Origin: Antedon mediterranea
Lineage: Eukaryota; Animalia; Echinodermata
Direction of reading: 5' to 3'
Assembly (NCBI RefSeq): GCF_964355755.1
Contig: NC_092672.1
Coordinates: forward strand, 7,264,441-7,328,440
Length of the DNA: 64,000 bases
Shown in pieces: positions 51,443 through 63,662 of this stretch. The notes under the pieces are model-generated. The model was given only the letters and a program-made list of their open reading frames with translations. It ran no database searches and was not told the DNA's origin. The position numbers and the translations under genes were made by a program. Numbering within the stretch: the first letter of the stretch is position 1; each line of letters begins with the position of its first letter.

Positions 51443-53062
51443 ATGGCAAAGTTGATATTTAAAAGAAGATATAATGCTTCTTTAGAAGAAGCCCAGAATG
51501 CGGTGAGATCAAATGAGTATCCCGCCGCTAAGTACGCTAGGTTCCTCCAGGTGAGGAATAGAAGGGCTAGGCCTAGAAACAGGGGGTGTCCTTATGTCAG
51601 AAGAAACGCTAATGTTAACCCAACTTGTAAGTTAGGCGGCCTACACGAATTAGATACACTTATAAAAACGGAAAACAAATCAGCTGATATCAATTATTGT
51701 CATTTTGATCATGAATTAGGCCTAGGCCTAGGCCTAAATACAAATGATATGCCTATCATAATTATAAGTAGTGATAGTAGTAGTGATTGTGACATTATTA
51801 TAAGTAGACCTAGTACCAATGATGGTGATAGGCCCAGTGAATATCAAATGTTGTCTCCAAATACAAATGATATGCCTATCATTATAAGTAGTGATAAGAG
51901 TAGTGATAGCGACATCATTATTAGTATTAGCAGTGATGGTGATAGTAGAAGTAGGCCTAGTGAAGACCAAATGTTGTCTCCAAATACAAATGATATGCCT
52001 ATCATGATAAATAGTGATAACAGTAGTGATAGTGACATCATTATTAGTATTAGCAGTGATGGTGATAGTAGTAGTTGGCCTAGTGAAGACCAAATGTTGT
52101 CTCGAAATACAAATGATATGCCTATCATGATAAATAGTGATAAGAGTAGTGATAGTGACATCATTATTAGTATTAGCAGTGATGGTGATAGTAGTAGTAT
52201 TAGTAGTAGTGGTACTATGCCCAATAGTAAGAGTAGCAGTAGTGGCGATAGTACTAGTCGTAGTATTAGTAGCAACAGCATTGGCAGTAGCAGCATAGGA
52301 GAAAATAGTAGCACTGTTGTAGTCGTAGGAAATGGTGATGTTTTGTTTCATTTTCCAGGTAGTGATAACAATTCTAACGACATTTCAAATGAAAATTTTG
52401 AATTTGAATCTAATAAAGAATATTTTAATTCATTAATTAATCGTGAAAAAATATCTGAAAATCCATGGGCACATTTTGAATCACAATCAGTCAAAGATCA
52501 TATGGTAGAATTTTTATGTAATATTCGATCTGAACTCATTCGTTATGAATACATAATCGATTATGATATTGTTCATCGTAGCCTTACAATTATAGAAAAT
52601 GTACTAATCTGTGATAACACAGCATTTAAACTTGGAGATCTCGAGGAATTGGCAATTGCATCATTTTGCCTTGCATTGAAATGTGCTGAACGATACCAAT
52701 CTAAACACATCATCCCTTATGCGTGTGACCGCCTCCGGAATCTTGGCTTCTTCAATCCTAAAAAAATTGCCCAAATAGAATTTAAAATATTAAAGATAGT
52801 AAACTTTAATATCAATAGTGTCACTTGTCTTGATTTTGTTCACATTTATTGCGATATTGCTATCAGTAAAGCTACAACCAACAACAACAAACGTAGAATA
52901 GAAAGAGTAAGACACGAATCTGTCAAATATTTGATTACAAATAAAATATCTCTTACAACAGTAAAGCCATCCGCAATAGCTTACTTAATAATTAACGCAA
53001 TTCTGGAGAAACTAGAAATACAAGACTCATTCTATTTTGAGAATAATGACGATAGTTCTTAA
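51443..53062 (+). CDS. Intronless cyclin-box (cyclin N-terminal domain) protein, 539 aa, with four ~40-aa tandem repeats carrying SIM-like cores (DIIISISSDGD) and a Ser-rich linker
   Basis: Single ORF. The C-terminal ~200 aa carries a cyclin-fold pattern (MVEFLCNIRSELIRYEYII, LAIASFCLALKCAE, KKIAQIEFKILKIVNFNI). 120-bp DNA repeats lie at 51760-52200. Confidence 0.65.
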   Translation: MAKLIFKRRYNASLEEAQNAVRSNEYPAAKYARFLQVRNRRARPRNRGCPYVRRNANVNPTCKLGGLHELDTLIKTENKSADINYCHFDHELGLGLGLNTNDMPIIIISSDSSSDCDIIISRPSTNDGDRPSEYQMLSPNTNDMPIIISSDKSSDSDIIISISSDGDSRSRPSEDQMLSPNTNDMPIMINSDNSSDSDIIISISSDGDSSSWPSEDQMLSRNTNDMPIMINSDKSSDSDIIISISSDGDSSSISSSGTMPNSKSSSSGDSTSRSISSNSIGSSSIGENSSTVVVVGNGDVLFHFPGSDNNSNDISNENFEFESNKEYFNSLINREKISENPWAHFESQSVKDHMVEFLCNIRSELIRYEYIIDYDIVHRSLTIIENVLICDNTAFKLGDLEELAIASFCLALKCAERYQSKHIIPYACDRLRNLGFFNPKKIAQIEFKILKIVNFNINSVTCLDFVHIYCDIAISKATTNNNKRRIERVRHESVKYLITNKISLTTVKPSAIAYLIINAILEKLEIQDSFYFENNDDSS

Positions 53063-53346
53063 ACAGATTAGGATAACTTAAAACATAATGTAAGTAAGTT
53101 AAGTTAAGACAAAACAATCAAATGTATATTGGATCTAGAATATAGTTTTATAGGATTAAATTGATTAAGGAAAAGTTTTTAGCTAAATAGATTAGTCTAA
53201 GATGTGCAATATCTAAGTACAATGTAAGGTGATAAGTATATAAAATAACGTTTTAAAAATGTAGATTACTGCAGCACTTGTACTTAAGAAAAACAAAGTA
53301 AGATAAGTAATGTGAATTAAAAACAATATTGCTATTGTAACATTAA

Positions 53347-53550
53347 AGCCTGTTTTCCTGTCGACGTTAGTCGACGCTATCGTTAACAATAATCGGCGAT
53401 CTTCTACGTAAACATTGAAATGTTAACGATTTACAGGAAAGGGTACTCGCTATCGTTATCATTTCAACTTGATCGTTTTTAAACGATCGTCGTTGAACTG
53501 TTAACGATCAACGACGATAGCGTCGAATAACGTCGACAGGAAAACAGGCT
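53347..53550. mobile_element. MITE with perfect ~21-bp TIRs (agcctgttttcctgtcgacg / cgtcgacaggaaaacaggct), 204 bp, possible TTAA/TA target site
   Basis: Perfect inverted termini. AT-rich flanks ..cattaa | ..taaaac. Confidence 0.6.
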
Positions 53551-54968
53551 TAAAACATGCTCTAAGGAGGATATTAATAATACTAATAATAAAGTAAAAA
53601 TAGCTTATTAATGATAATGATTGAAATAAGTAATTCGTTTCAGTAATATATCCGTTGTTAAGTTAAGTTTTTTTTACCGTAATCAATACAAAAAAAAGGA
53701 GGGAAAAAAAAACAAAAACAACAAAAACGCTTAATGATACTAAGTTGAAATAAGTTTTTAGTTAGTAAGAAATAAAAAAAAAAACTTTTTTACGAGTTTA
53801 TATTTTAATAATAATTTTTAATTAAAAAATGTTATCGTAAGTTAAATCAAGAAAGAACGTTAAAAACAAAATATAATATTGTAATTATTAAAAAATTTTT
53901 CGTATAACAGGTTTTAGGTCTATATTATTGTATAGTAAACCATTAAAATAAGTAATTTATTCAATAATCTTATTTATTTATCAGTTTTAGTTCGATAAGG
54001 AATTGAAAAAAAAAACTCCAAAAAAAAAACCAAAAACAAAAACAAACAAAAACACACAAAAACACCCCAGTCTGAAGTCGGAGATGCTACCTCATCGTGG
54101 TAGACTGGTGTCAACATCATTCGTAACCAAACTGGTACTAATGGTGGCTAACAGCATCACGCATCTTGTACCATACTTACAATCGCACACTGATACCACA
54201 CATTTGTGATGTCACGGATGTAGGCCACTTATTGAGTGAAAACATCAACAATATTTCTTTTTTAAATACGTATTATATATGATTATTAATATGATATAAA
54301 GCTCAGGAGTGCGGGTAGGATTATAAATAATTTAGGTGGGATCGACTATGTGTGAAAGCTAATATGAAGTAAACACAGACTTGATAAGTTATTTTGGTGC
54401 TTTTTTCTCTCGTTTGTCCGGGCACTACTACTTTTGTTCAATCATCAAGTCGTCATATCCATGGTAGAGGTAAAAATGTTATGGAGGCTATTACAATTCC
54501 ACTTATCCAAACATTTTAAAATTGTGTAGGCCTACAAAGAACACATATTGACACTAATATATGAACACATGAACCATCAAGTAAGTATTGGTTTTTAGTC
54601 GCGTGGAGTGCAAACGCGACTCTGCAGCTCACTATGTCGGTCGTTTGGTCGGTCGGTTTGTCGATTGATCGGTAAACACTAACTCAAATTTGAGCACGCG
54701 ACTGCAGCCATGTATATGGTCTTTTTATTTTTATAGAAAATGCCAGACTTTTGTTTTTTTCAGTCTATAGAACGCCCTCTTTCTAATCAATGCTTGTATA
54801 GTAAATTCTTGCATAATTAGTTAGCATTGCATTGCGAACGCAGAACATCGAGTCTCACAATCTTCTGAGTTGTCGAAGCTTCCTGACTGTGAACGCTGCT
54901 GACTAGTCACATCCATTGCGCTTCTGGATATTACCGAAGACTCTCATTTAATTGATAGACCATTAGTC

Positions 54969-55020
54969 ATGGTGTTTTTCGACATCTGTATCGTTTTTGC
55001 CCTGATAATAAATGCTTATG
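54969..55020 (+). CDS. alpha-carbonic anhydrase exon 1 (signal peptide): MVFFDICIVFALIINAY(G)
   Basis: ATG at 54969, hydrophobic signal peptide, donor gtaagt at 55021. Confidence 0.65.
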
Positions 55021-55304
55021 GTAAGTGTTGTTAATCAATTCAGACTAGTAAATTTAATTTTTGTTTTGTTTTTCTGAATGTTATACTCGCTCTTACCGAA
55101 TTTCTTATTTATCACTGCGGAGTCTTACGTAACTTACGTAATTTTAGAAATGTCATGTGTAGGCTACTGCGAATTTACGCCTTTTAGAACGGTTGTTTCT
55201 ATATTATATTAGTAGTATTTTAATTAATGTGTTCCCTTTATAACCGATTAAAAATACAAAACATTCTAAAACAACGACAATGTGTTGCCTTTTTACTCGT
55301 TTAG

Positions 55305-55343
55305 GTGAATATGAAAAGAACTGGGGATATCATGGAAATACAG
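55305..55343 (+). CDS. alpha-carbonic anhydrase exon 2: EYEKNWGYHGNT
   Basis: Acceptor ctcgtttag, donor gtaaga. WGY..GPEHW N-terminal CA motif. Confidence 0.7.
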
Positions 55344-56040
55344 GTAAGATGTCAGTTTTAAAGTTTGAAACGCAATATCGAAACTTCCGGTGGGGGGGGG
55401 GGGGGAAATAGGAATTTAAGGACCCATTGGAATTAATTTGATTTGATTTTTCTTTCGACTCTATGGGCTATCCTTGGTTTCTTATTTAATTTGTTTGCTT
55501 GTAAATTGCTTGTATTCATATTTTCTAGTAATCTTGCGTTGAAACCGACTAAAATAAAATAAAATGCAGGGGCAGTAGCAACAGTAATTTACCGTGGATT
55601 TCATTATGGTCATGGCGGTCAATTTAAATAACGAATAGAAAACTAGTTTCAGCTTTTTTTTATGTGACTATACCAAAATTTATTAGCTCCATTTAAATAT
55701 TTACAACTGTATTAAGGTCCGATTCGTTAATTTTATATCAATTATAATTTATTATCAATAATAATTTTTTCACATAAATTAATAATAAATTAACAAAGGG
55801 TAAAAGTCTTGCTTCTGAAAACTCCAAATCACAATGACGTAATAACAGACGTAATATCGTTGCAAAGATTTTCGTAAAGAAACAGGTGGGATCGAAGGTC
55901 TATGTCAAGTTGACACGGCGTGTTACCAAATAAATTAAGTCGGAGAAGACGGGAAGTAGCGTATGACAGATAGAAAGTTCATTAGACATTTAATGTTTAG
56001 TAATGATGTCATTATAAAATTATGACCTTTACGTGCAAAG

Positions 56041-56167
56041 AGGATGTAAAGCTCTGTCTACACTATCAAAAAAAAAACGTGATGTGCCTATATATGGACA
56101 TGATGACGTCATATCACTACCATATTTGGGCACATCATGACGTTTTGGTCAAACTAGTAGACAGAGC
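56041..56167. mobile_element. MITE family A, complete copy (in CA intron 2)
   Basis: gctctgtctacactatcaaa ... ggtcaaactagtagacagagc. Confidence 0.6.
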
Positions 56168-56996
56168 TTAAGATAACCGGTTATCAAACCTACAAGAAAT
56201 ATATAATCATATATGTTCTAAGAAATTAATAATAAAGATTATATTGTCCCCTGAAAACAATATATGCTATTTTAGTCTCACATAATGGTTATTCACGTTG
56301 ACAAAAAGTTGGATTGAAAAAAACAATTATCTGAAAACAAAATTGTACTTTAACGCAAAACCGGATTTTGGTTGAAAAATAAGTATTTTTTTCTTGAAGT
56401 TTATTAAAACTGCGATATAGCCTAATTCAAAGTATGTAGGACATTTTGCAGTTTTAATAAAGTTATTAATTAACCCCAAAAAATAACGTTTCATTTTAAC
56501 CAAAAACCAATGTCTGACAGACAATTTAAGTATTTTTTTGCTTTTAATTACATTTTTTTTTTCATTAAAACATTTTTTCCTCGATTTTTCGAACTAGTAT
56601 GTGACATTAAAATGGAATATTTGAAAATAAAATTGACAACAAAAATGTTAGGGGACAATATATCTTTAAACGTGTTATAATTTATATCATGTAAACAGTA
56701 AATCCCATTGTAAAAACTTCCTTTTTATACCCAACTTTATTTGTTTTATCTTATTAAATAAAACGGATGCAAGAAAATTGATGTTTAATAAGCCTGTCTA
56801 AAAAACAGCATATCGACACACAATCCGTCCCTGGTACGACATTATCTGCAAGGTTGTTAATATTCAAGATTCAAGATTCAACAAATTTTATTTGTCCATA
56901 AAAATGGAAATTCACTTTGCTTCATGTTAATGTACTGTATAGGTATTGTTGAAAACATTTATGTGTGTAGGCTAAAACAAAAATAAATTTTTCCAG

Positions 56997-57170
56997 GTCC
57001 GGAGCATTGGTCTAGAATGTATCCGAATTCAGACTGTAGTGGCAAGAGCCAATCTCCTATCGAATTTTCTAGCCGAAGCACGACGTACAAAAGTTTTGAT
57101 CCGTTATTTATCACAAATTTGGTACCAGTGCACCATGTAGAGATGTACCTGAATAACGATGGCCACTCAT
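56997..57170 (+). CDS. alpha-carbonic anhydrase exon 3: GPEHWSRMYPNSDCSGKSQSPIEFSSRSTTYKSFDPLFITNLVPVHHVEMYLNNDGHS
   Basis: Acceptor ttttccag, donor gtaagt. QSPI motif and proton-shuttle His (NDGHS). Confidence 0.8.
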
Positions 57171-58093
57171 GTAAGTTGAATATTTTTCGACACATTATAG
57201 AGATAATGTTTTGTTCTTTGGAAAAAAAAACATTTTGTTGTTGAATATGCCACACTTCGTTTTTGTACCTTTCCAAAAACAAAAAAATTGTTGAATGAGC
57301 CACTTTATTTTTCACTACACCAACAAAAAAAACATTTAACTTGAAAAAAAAATCATAGTTTGACTGGAAAAAGTTGACCGAAATTATTTGTAATTCTTTT
57401 TTTAATATAACCATTTTAACAACCATTTTATATAGCTATTTAATATCGTTTTTGTTCTAAAAGGTCCATGTTTGTGGACAATAGATCCTTAAAAAGAAAT
57501 ATTTTATTTCAATTATAAGACAATTTACGGTATCAATGACAATATAGCTTAATTCAATATTTGTATTCATTACCCTTATTTAATGTTCAGTGATTTTCTA
57601 TTTATTTTATTGGTGATACAGAAAACGTTGTTTGCGTCTTGTGACAAGGCGATCCATTATATAATTTACGTAGCTTGATGTACTGTTTAACATTACGGAT
57701 ATTGATAATTATACAAAACTAGGGCATTATCAGCAGATCAGTAACTCTTCTGCAAATACTTTCAATTTACATTTCGACATGTTTTCTTAAACAATAATCA
57801 GAAAGTTCACGGCAGAAGAAGTAGGCCTATTCTTATGATATTTTATGTAAAGCCTAATAATATATACTATTAAATAAATATAATTAATAGATATAAATAA
57901 TGTTGCTATTGAACATAAGGGTCAGAAGTTGATAAGGTAAATCAACCAAACTAGTAAAAACTACCATAAATATAATCGGATGGCATGAGAGGCTTGGTAA
58001 GAGAAAACATATTAGGTTGTGATTGGATTAGCTGAAATTCAAAGACAACAGAACTGAGGTAATCTACAAATAAGAGTTTACAAACGTTTACAG

Positions 58094-58239
58094 TGATGGT
58101 TAAGATGAATGGTTCAGAAGAGATTTCTGGAGCAGGGCTTGGAAATACCTACTTAGCTGAGCAATTTCACTTCCACTGGGGCAACAATGATTCCGTCGGT
58201 TCCGAGCATCTAATTGACGGTAGGCAGTATCCAGCTGAG
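58094..58239 (+). CDS. alpha-carbonic anhydrase exon 4: [49 protein letters not shown]
   Basis: Acceptor tttacag, donor gtaagc. Zinc ligands HFHWG. Confidence 0.85.
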
Positions 58240-58367
58240 GTAAGCTTTGAGTTCGTGTATCCCGTATTCTTACTCTATCCCATGCTTATTATGGAACTGA
58301 ACAATCCATTCAAGCATTACTACTGGATCCTCTAGTGTATAAACAGTGTTTGTTTTATTTTGCGTAG

Positions 58368-58463
58368 CTTCACATCGTTCATTATGATGTCGACCGCTTC
58401 AATTCTATCGCCGAAGCCGTTTCACAACCAAGGGGCCTTGCTGTCTTAGGATTCTTTTTTGAG
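58368..58463 (+). CDS. alpha-carbonic anhydrase exon 5: LHIVHYDVDRFNSIAEAVSQPRGLAVLGFFFE
   Basis: Acceptor ttttgcgtag, donor gtaagt. Third zinc His (LHIVH) and GLAVLG motif. Confidence 0.85.
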
Positions 58464-59261
58464 GTAAGTTCTCAAACAGAGTAAAGATAAATGCATGTTA
58501 TACAATAAAAGATTATAAATGAATTTCATTTTTATGATATCATAATGATGATACATACTTATTTAAAAGATAGACGTCAAATAGTTGCTTACGATCATTG
58601 TATTTACGTCATTATTATGTGGCTTGTTTGAAAACGCATTTTTTTAAATATTCGGAGAAAAAGTTAATTGTTGATATCGCAGTGAAGGTCGACAGGGTAT
58701 ATTAATTTGGTCAATCTTTAGTTTTTCTTGTCTAAGAAGTAATTTGCTCATCACGTGCGTCACCTCCTTTATAATCGAAAACAAATAATAACCGTTTAAA
58801 ACAAGTAACAATCGTTGAACTTTAAATACTGAGTCATGAGAGTTGGCTGTGGCAGCCTGTTCAAATGCAATAACTCATCTTTCCTTATTTGTAGGTCAAT
58901 TGGCTCGTATCGATTAAATATATCGTTATTCATTTATTTTTTCATTCAATATCGTATATTGTAAACGTTCTTACTCATTTATTTTTGTATTCATTTATTT
59001 GATAAAAATCACATAAATAACAATAAAGTTTTGAGTTGTGTAACGATATATCATGTGTCAATGTAAATAGTTAATCATCATTCGGATGTTAGCACCAGTT
59101 TACATATGTTGTTCGGCTTTGTGATTAAGGTCATCATCCGTTAACGGTATTGGAAATAAACATCATTCGCAGAATAACGTTAAGTTTTAGTTGTACGTTC
59201 AACGAACTAATTTGATATTTATGTTATATAAGAATATATAAATATTATGGTTACTGTATTT

Positions 59262-59374
59262 CAAACTAGTTTGACAAAAAGTGTGGTGTGTCCAAATATG
59301 CCATCACTATGTTCATATATGCTGGGCACATCACATGTTTTGTCACATAAACATTGATATTGTAGACCGAGCTT
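59262..59374. mobile_element. MITE family A copy (in CA intron 5)
   Basis: tttgacaaaaagtgtggtgtgtccaaatatg..gcacatcacatgttttgtcacataaacattgatattgtagaccgagc. Confidence 0.55.
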
Positions 59375-60028
59375 TAGAACAGTATTCGTGTGCGTCATGA
59401 AAACGCGAATAATAGCCTGATCAATTTTAATTTCTTTTTTAAATTACGCACAAACGCAACATGCAAGTCGCACGTACGTTATGTGCGCAGAAAGTAGATG
59501 GATATAATTTTGTGAATAAATAGGTACAACAACAGTTAACATCATAATCTAAGTCTATTCTATTCTGACCATTTTAAAAAAGAACTTTAAGTCGTAATTT
59601 ATGTTTATCATTATTTATATATTATTTATTTTGAAGTTTTATTTGTTTCGTTATTGAGAGAGGCGACTTTTAACCTAGCTTGCTGTGCCGTCCCATTCCA
59701 CTTATTAATAAATCTTTTCTTGCATTTATTATTAATAATGTTATTGGCTGTATATTTATTATGTTACTCTGTATTTTGCTTGATTATTTGTGGAAATAAA
59801 TGTTAGTATTATTAATTTTAAATGTATGTACATTTAGCAATACAATCTGAAAGTCATGCCTGTAGCTGAGCTTCAAACGAGGCTACCTCTACACTGTAAA
59901 TTGTAAATTGTAAACATTGAAACTAGGGCTGTACTTAACATTTACGCGGACATGGATATCACAATCTAATTACAGCTGATTCGCAACTTCTACAACTGAA
60001 AAGTTAATTGCTTTTTTTGTTTTATTAG

Positions 60029-60098
60029 ATTGATGGAGATAAGACAAATAATGCATTTCAATATCTTGTAGATTTAATTAAAGACGTGCCGTATAAAG
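60029..60098 (+). CDS. alpha-carbonic anhydrase exon 6: IDGDKTNNAFQYLVDLIKDVPYK(G)
   Basis: Acceptor ttttattag, donor gtagga. Confidence 0.75.
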
Positions 60099-60974
60099 GT
60101 AGGATTTTCAAGATTTTCAAATAAATGCACATTCATTACCGGTAATTAGGTGCATCCGTCTATTTCTATATTTATCACAAAAATTAATTACGGATATTTG
60201 ATACAATGTGACTAATTATTAACCGTCATATTGTGTGGGTCTACGTCAATGATTCGCTTTGTAATACAACAGTTATCGTGGGAAAAAATCTTTCCTAAGT
60301 ATCGCCTCATGTTTTACGATTGTTTTTTTTTGACATAGTGTTGGTCGTCTATTAATTTTTATACATAATGAGAACACTTGTATAGTAGCATTTTAGGACA
60401 GGATAACGTCAACGATCATTTTTATATTCCATATTAATACTCATCTTAAAATGAGTGGATGTATTCTCCGTTTTAATGTGCTAAATCTATACAACATACA
60501 ATATTCGTTGGCGACGACACGAAGTTACATTGATGTTGCTACGCGCATGACACTAACGTGTATAGCCCATATTAGTTTATTAACAAAATTACAATAAAAT
60601 TACACCTTTTTTAATAGCTGATTTGTCTAGATTTGCTAAATAAAACATATAAATAAAAATTCCTTTAAGCTAAAATTGTGTGTTTTGTGAAGCTCTCTAC
60701 TAAATCGCATTTTTCGCGAAACGCATGGTTAGCCTAATATGTCAAAATGACTACGCGGTTGGTTTCTCTTCGTGGTACGGTGTCGCTGACGAATTGTGAT
60801 ACTAGATTACATTGTGTCATATTCTTCCATATGATGTACAGCGGTAGAAATCCAAGGTGATATATTAATATGACGCTATATCGTGCAATTTATCTCATTG
60901 CACTGCACAATTTGAAGATTATAATTTATATATAGATACCAATACAATTACCTTAATTTGTATATTCTTTTCAG

Positions 60975-61135
60975 GCAATTCGATTCGATTTCCGAGACCA
61001 TTCGATGTAAAAACTCTTTTCCCGAAGTCACTGAGTCAATACTTCCGTTACGATGGTTCTCTAACCACACCAGATTGTCACGAAAGCGTAGTTTGGACGG
61101 TTTTCAACGAACCGATCAAAATTTCTAAAAAACAG
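60975..61135 (+). CDS. alpha-carbonic anhydrase exon 7: [53 protein letters not shown]
   Basis: Acceptor tcttttcag, donor gtacgg. GSLTTP active-site motif. Confidence 0.85.
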
Positions 61136-61483
61136 GTACGGTGAAGAACATATTGCTCAAATGTTAATTCGATTGGGTACCTATTTGCCCACACAAAATG
61201 TGGCCAGTTACGTTGTAGAAATAAAAGCCTACCTACCATTATTAATCCACCAAATTGGAAACGCCATTTAGGCCTACTAAAAAATAGGATCAATCAAAAT
61301 AACATTTACTTCCAAAAAATGCTTGTCGGGGACGTATTGCTTATTAATAAAGATCATTCATTTCAATGTTTGCTGCCGCCTGGAATGTATCAAGATTCAT
61401 TAGTGTAATGACCAGTTTATGTTACCGATTATTTAACATATGCATAGTGTCATGTATTCATAAAAATACCTTTTTGTTAACAG

Positions 61484-61684
61484 GTTGAGGCGTTTCGTAA
61501 TGTAAACACAGCTATACATGGTTTTAGAACAGTGAGATTGGTTGATAATCACCGACCAATTCAGCCCATCAACAATCGAATCGTTTACAGAAGTTTCGAA
61601 ACATCCGATGCGTCTTACGCATGCGTAAATAAGGTCTACCTCATGTTAGCTGTTTTAATGGTTTGCTTAAGCAACTTTGTTTAG
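61484..61684 (+). CDS. alpha-carbonic anhydrase terminal exon: VEAFRNVNTAIHGFRTVRLVDNHRPIQPINNRIVYRSFETSDASYACVNKVYLMLAVLMVCLSNFV*
   Basis: Acceptor ttgttaacag. NHRP..PLNGR-like motif. Hydrophobic C-terminal tail before stop TAG at 61682-61684. Confidence 0.7.
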   Translation, partial: VEAFRNVNTAIHGFRTVRLVDNHRPIQPINNRIVYRSFETSDASYACVNKVYLMLAVLMVCLSNFV

Positions 61685-63662
61685 CACCACGTCACGTAAA
61701 CTTTAGCTGTCTATGACGCGCACAAATGAAATAGTTTATGTAAATTGTATTTTGAAAGCAGTAGATTAAGAAACTCTGTTTAGCATCACGTCACTTAAAG
61801 TTTAGCTGTCTATGACGCGCACAAATGAAATAATTTATGTAAATTGTATCTCGAAAGCAGTAGATTTTAGTAAGAATTAGGACTATAGTGTAACCACTTC
61901 AATGTACTAAAAGATGTATTGTCCCCCTGAAAAAATAAATCTTAACAACATTTTTGTTTAATATGCCATTTTAATGTAACATAATAGTTATCCACTTTGA
62001 CCAAAATTTGGATAAAAAAAAAGGAAATTACCTGAAAAAAAACTGTAATTGACAGCAAAAAAAAAAATGGTGAAATTGGCTGCCAGCCAATTGATTTTTG
62101 GTTGAATTTAACCATTTTATTTGGTCATTTTATAAGTGAAAACATTATTTTTTTTATTTTCTTTTCTACGGAAGTGATTAACTTCATTAAAACTACAAAA
62201 TAACATATTTATAGTCCGATTTAATGAATCTTCATTTTTCATGTTTTTGAGGACAACACATCTTTAAACACAAGAACATGTTCCAATGATTGTTCGACGA
62301 TAATGAAAATATACAATAATAAATAATTCTTGTAGCTTAACTTCTCTGGATTTTCTGTTTTCATGTAGCAAACATAACAGCAATATTGTATTTCGATTTG
62401 TTGGTTATGTCCGTATCTAAAAGTTTTAAAGTTCATGTAAATTGTAGAGATTTTAGTAAAAATTATGACTATTAGTGTAACCAATTCAATGTACTTAAAC
62501 ATAAGAACATGTTTCAATGATTGTTTGACGATAATGAAAATATACAATAATAAATAATTCTTGTAGCTTAACTTCTCAGGATTTTGTGTATAGCAATATT
62601 TTATTTTTAATTTGTTGGTTATGTTCGTATCTAAAAGCATCGTGTCAGTATTTCAAGGTGAATTCCAAAATTGTGTGTGATTTAAGCAAGGCAATCTAAC
62701 AACAGGATTTGTCGCAGCAGCCAGACATAAAATCAAATGACGTCTATTACGAGTTCCTATCTTGGCAAGGTGAGCCCAGTGTCCTTTTGTTAGATTTCCT
62801 TGGTTTAAGCCTGATTATTAGTGGGAATTCCCACTTGGACGCGATGGACTATAATGCAAATTGTCGTTTCCTTTTTCGTCTTTGTGGGAACATGTACTTG
62901 TACGGGGCTGGCTAATCTAGGTTGACCGAAATAAGTAACAAGATAAATATTTTGGCACACGTGGCGTTTTATAAGTTCAGACAAAATTTGAAAAAAAATG
63001 GTGGACTAACATGAAAAAGACAATAAATACACATTTGGGGATAGTCCAGGGACTGGCAAGAACTTCGGTGCCTATATTTCGAGGAATAAGTTTTCTTTAT
63101 GAAATAAAAATATTGCTTTTCCTAATGGAATTGATTATAGAAAGGCTTGTATAGATAATAAGATCCTCTGTAATAAAGCTTTTTAGTCAACGAAATAAAT
63201 ACGTTATTTTAATATACATATCTATTATACATTAATAATACTCTTTCTACAGATGAAAATTATGTCGAAACATAATGGGAATAATTACAGAAATAAAGAA
63301 TTAAAAACAAAACTGATGTTCGATGGCAGGATATCAGGGTTTTGACTAATCACCTGTAATACGTGTAGGAGTAATTCGTTTCCTGTGGTTTTGAGTTCGG
63401 TGGCCAGTAGTTTACCGTTTAAAATAAATATTAATGCTCCATACTTTTTGTAATACAAATAATCTTTGGTTTTACACCAAGTAGGCCTACCAACAAAGAC
63501 TGGGTTACATGTAGGCCTAGCAGTGTTCCTATTGCAGCGCTTTCATCCCGAACAACAGACCATCGTCACTGTGCCACTGTGGTAATAATCATACAAACAC
63601 TAGAAGCATCACATATCCTGTAATTAAAATGGATAAGACGATTTTTTGATTTTTTTTTAAAG

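Noticed and set aside
51734-52351. Minus-strand ORFs of 205 aa and 156 aa antisense to the cyclin-box gene
   Set aside because: They are low-complexity translations of the 120-bp tandem repeat region and are antisense artefacts.
54003-54209. 68-aa Lys-rich ORF
   Set aside because: It is a translation of an A-rich low-complexity tract.
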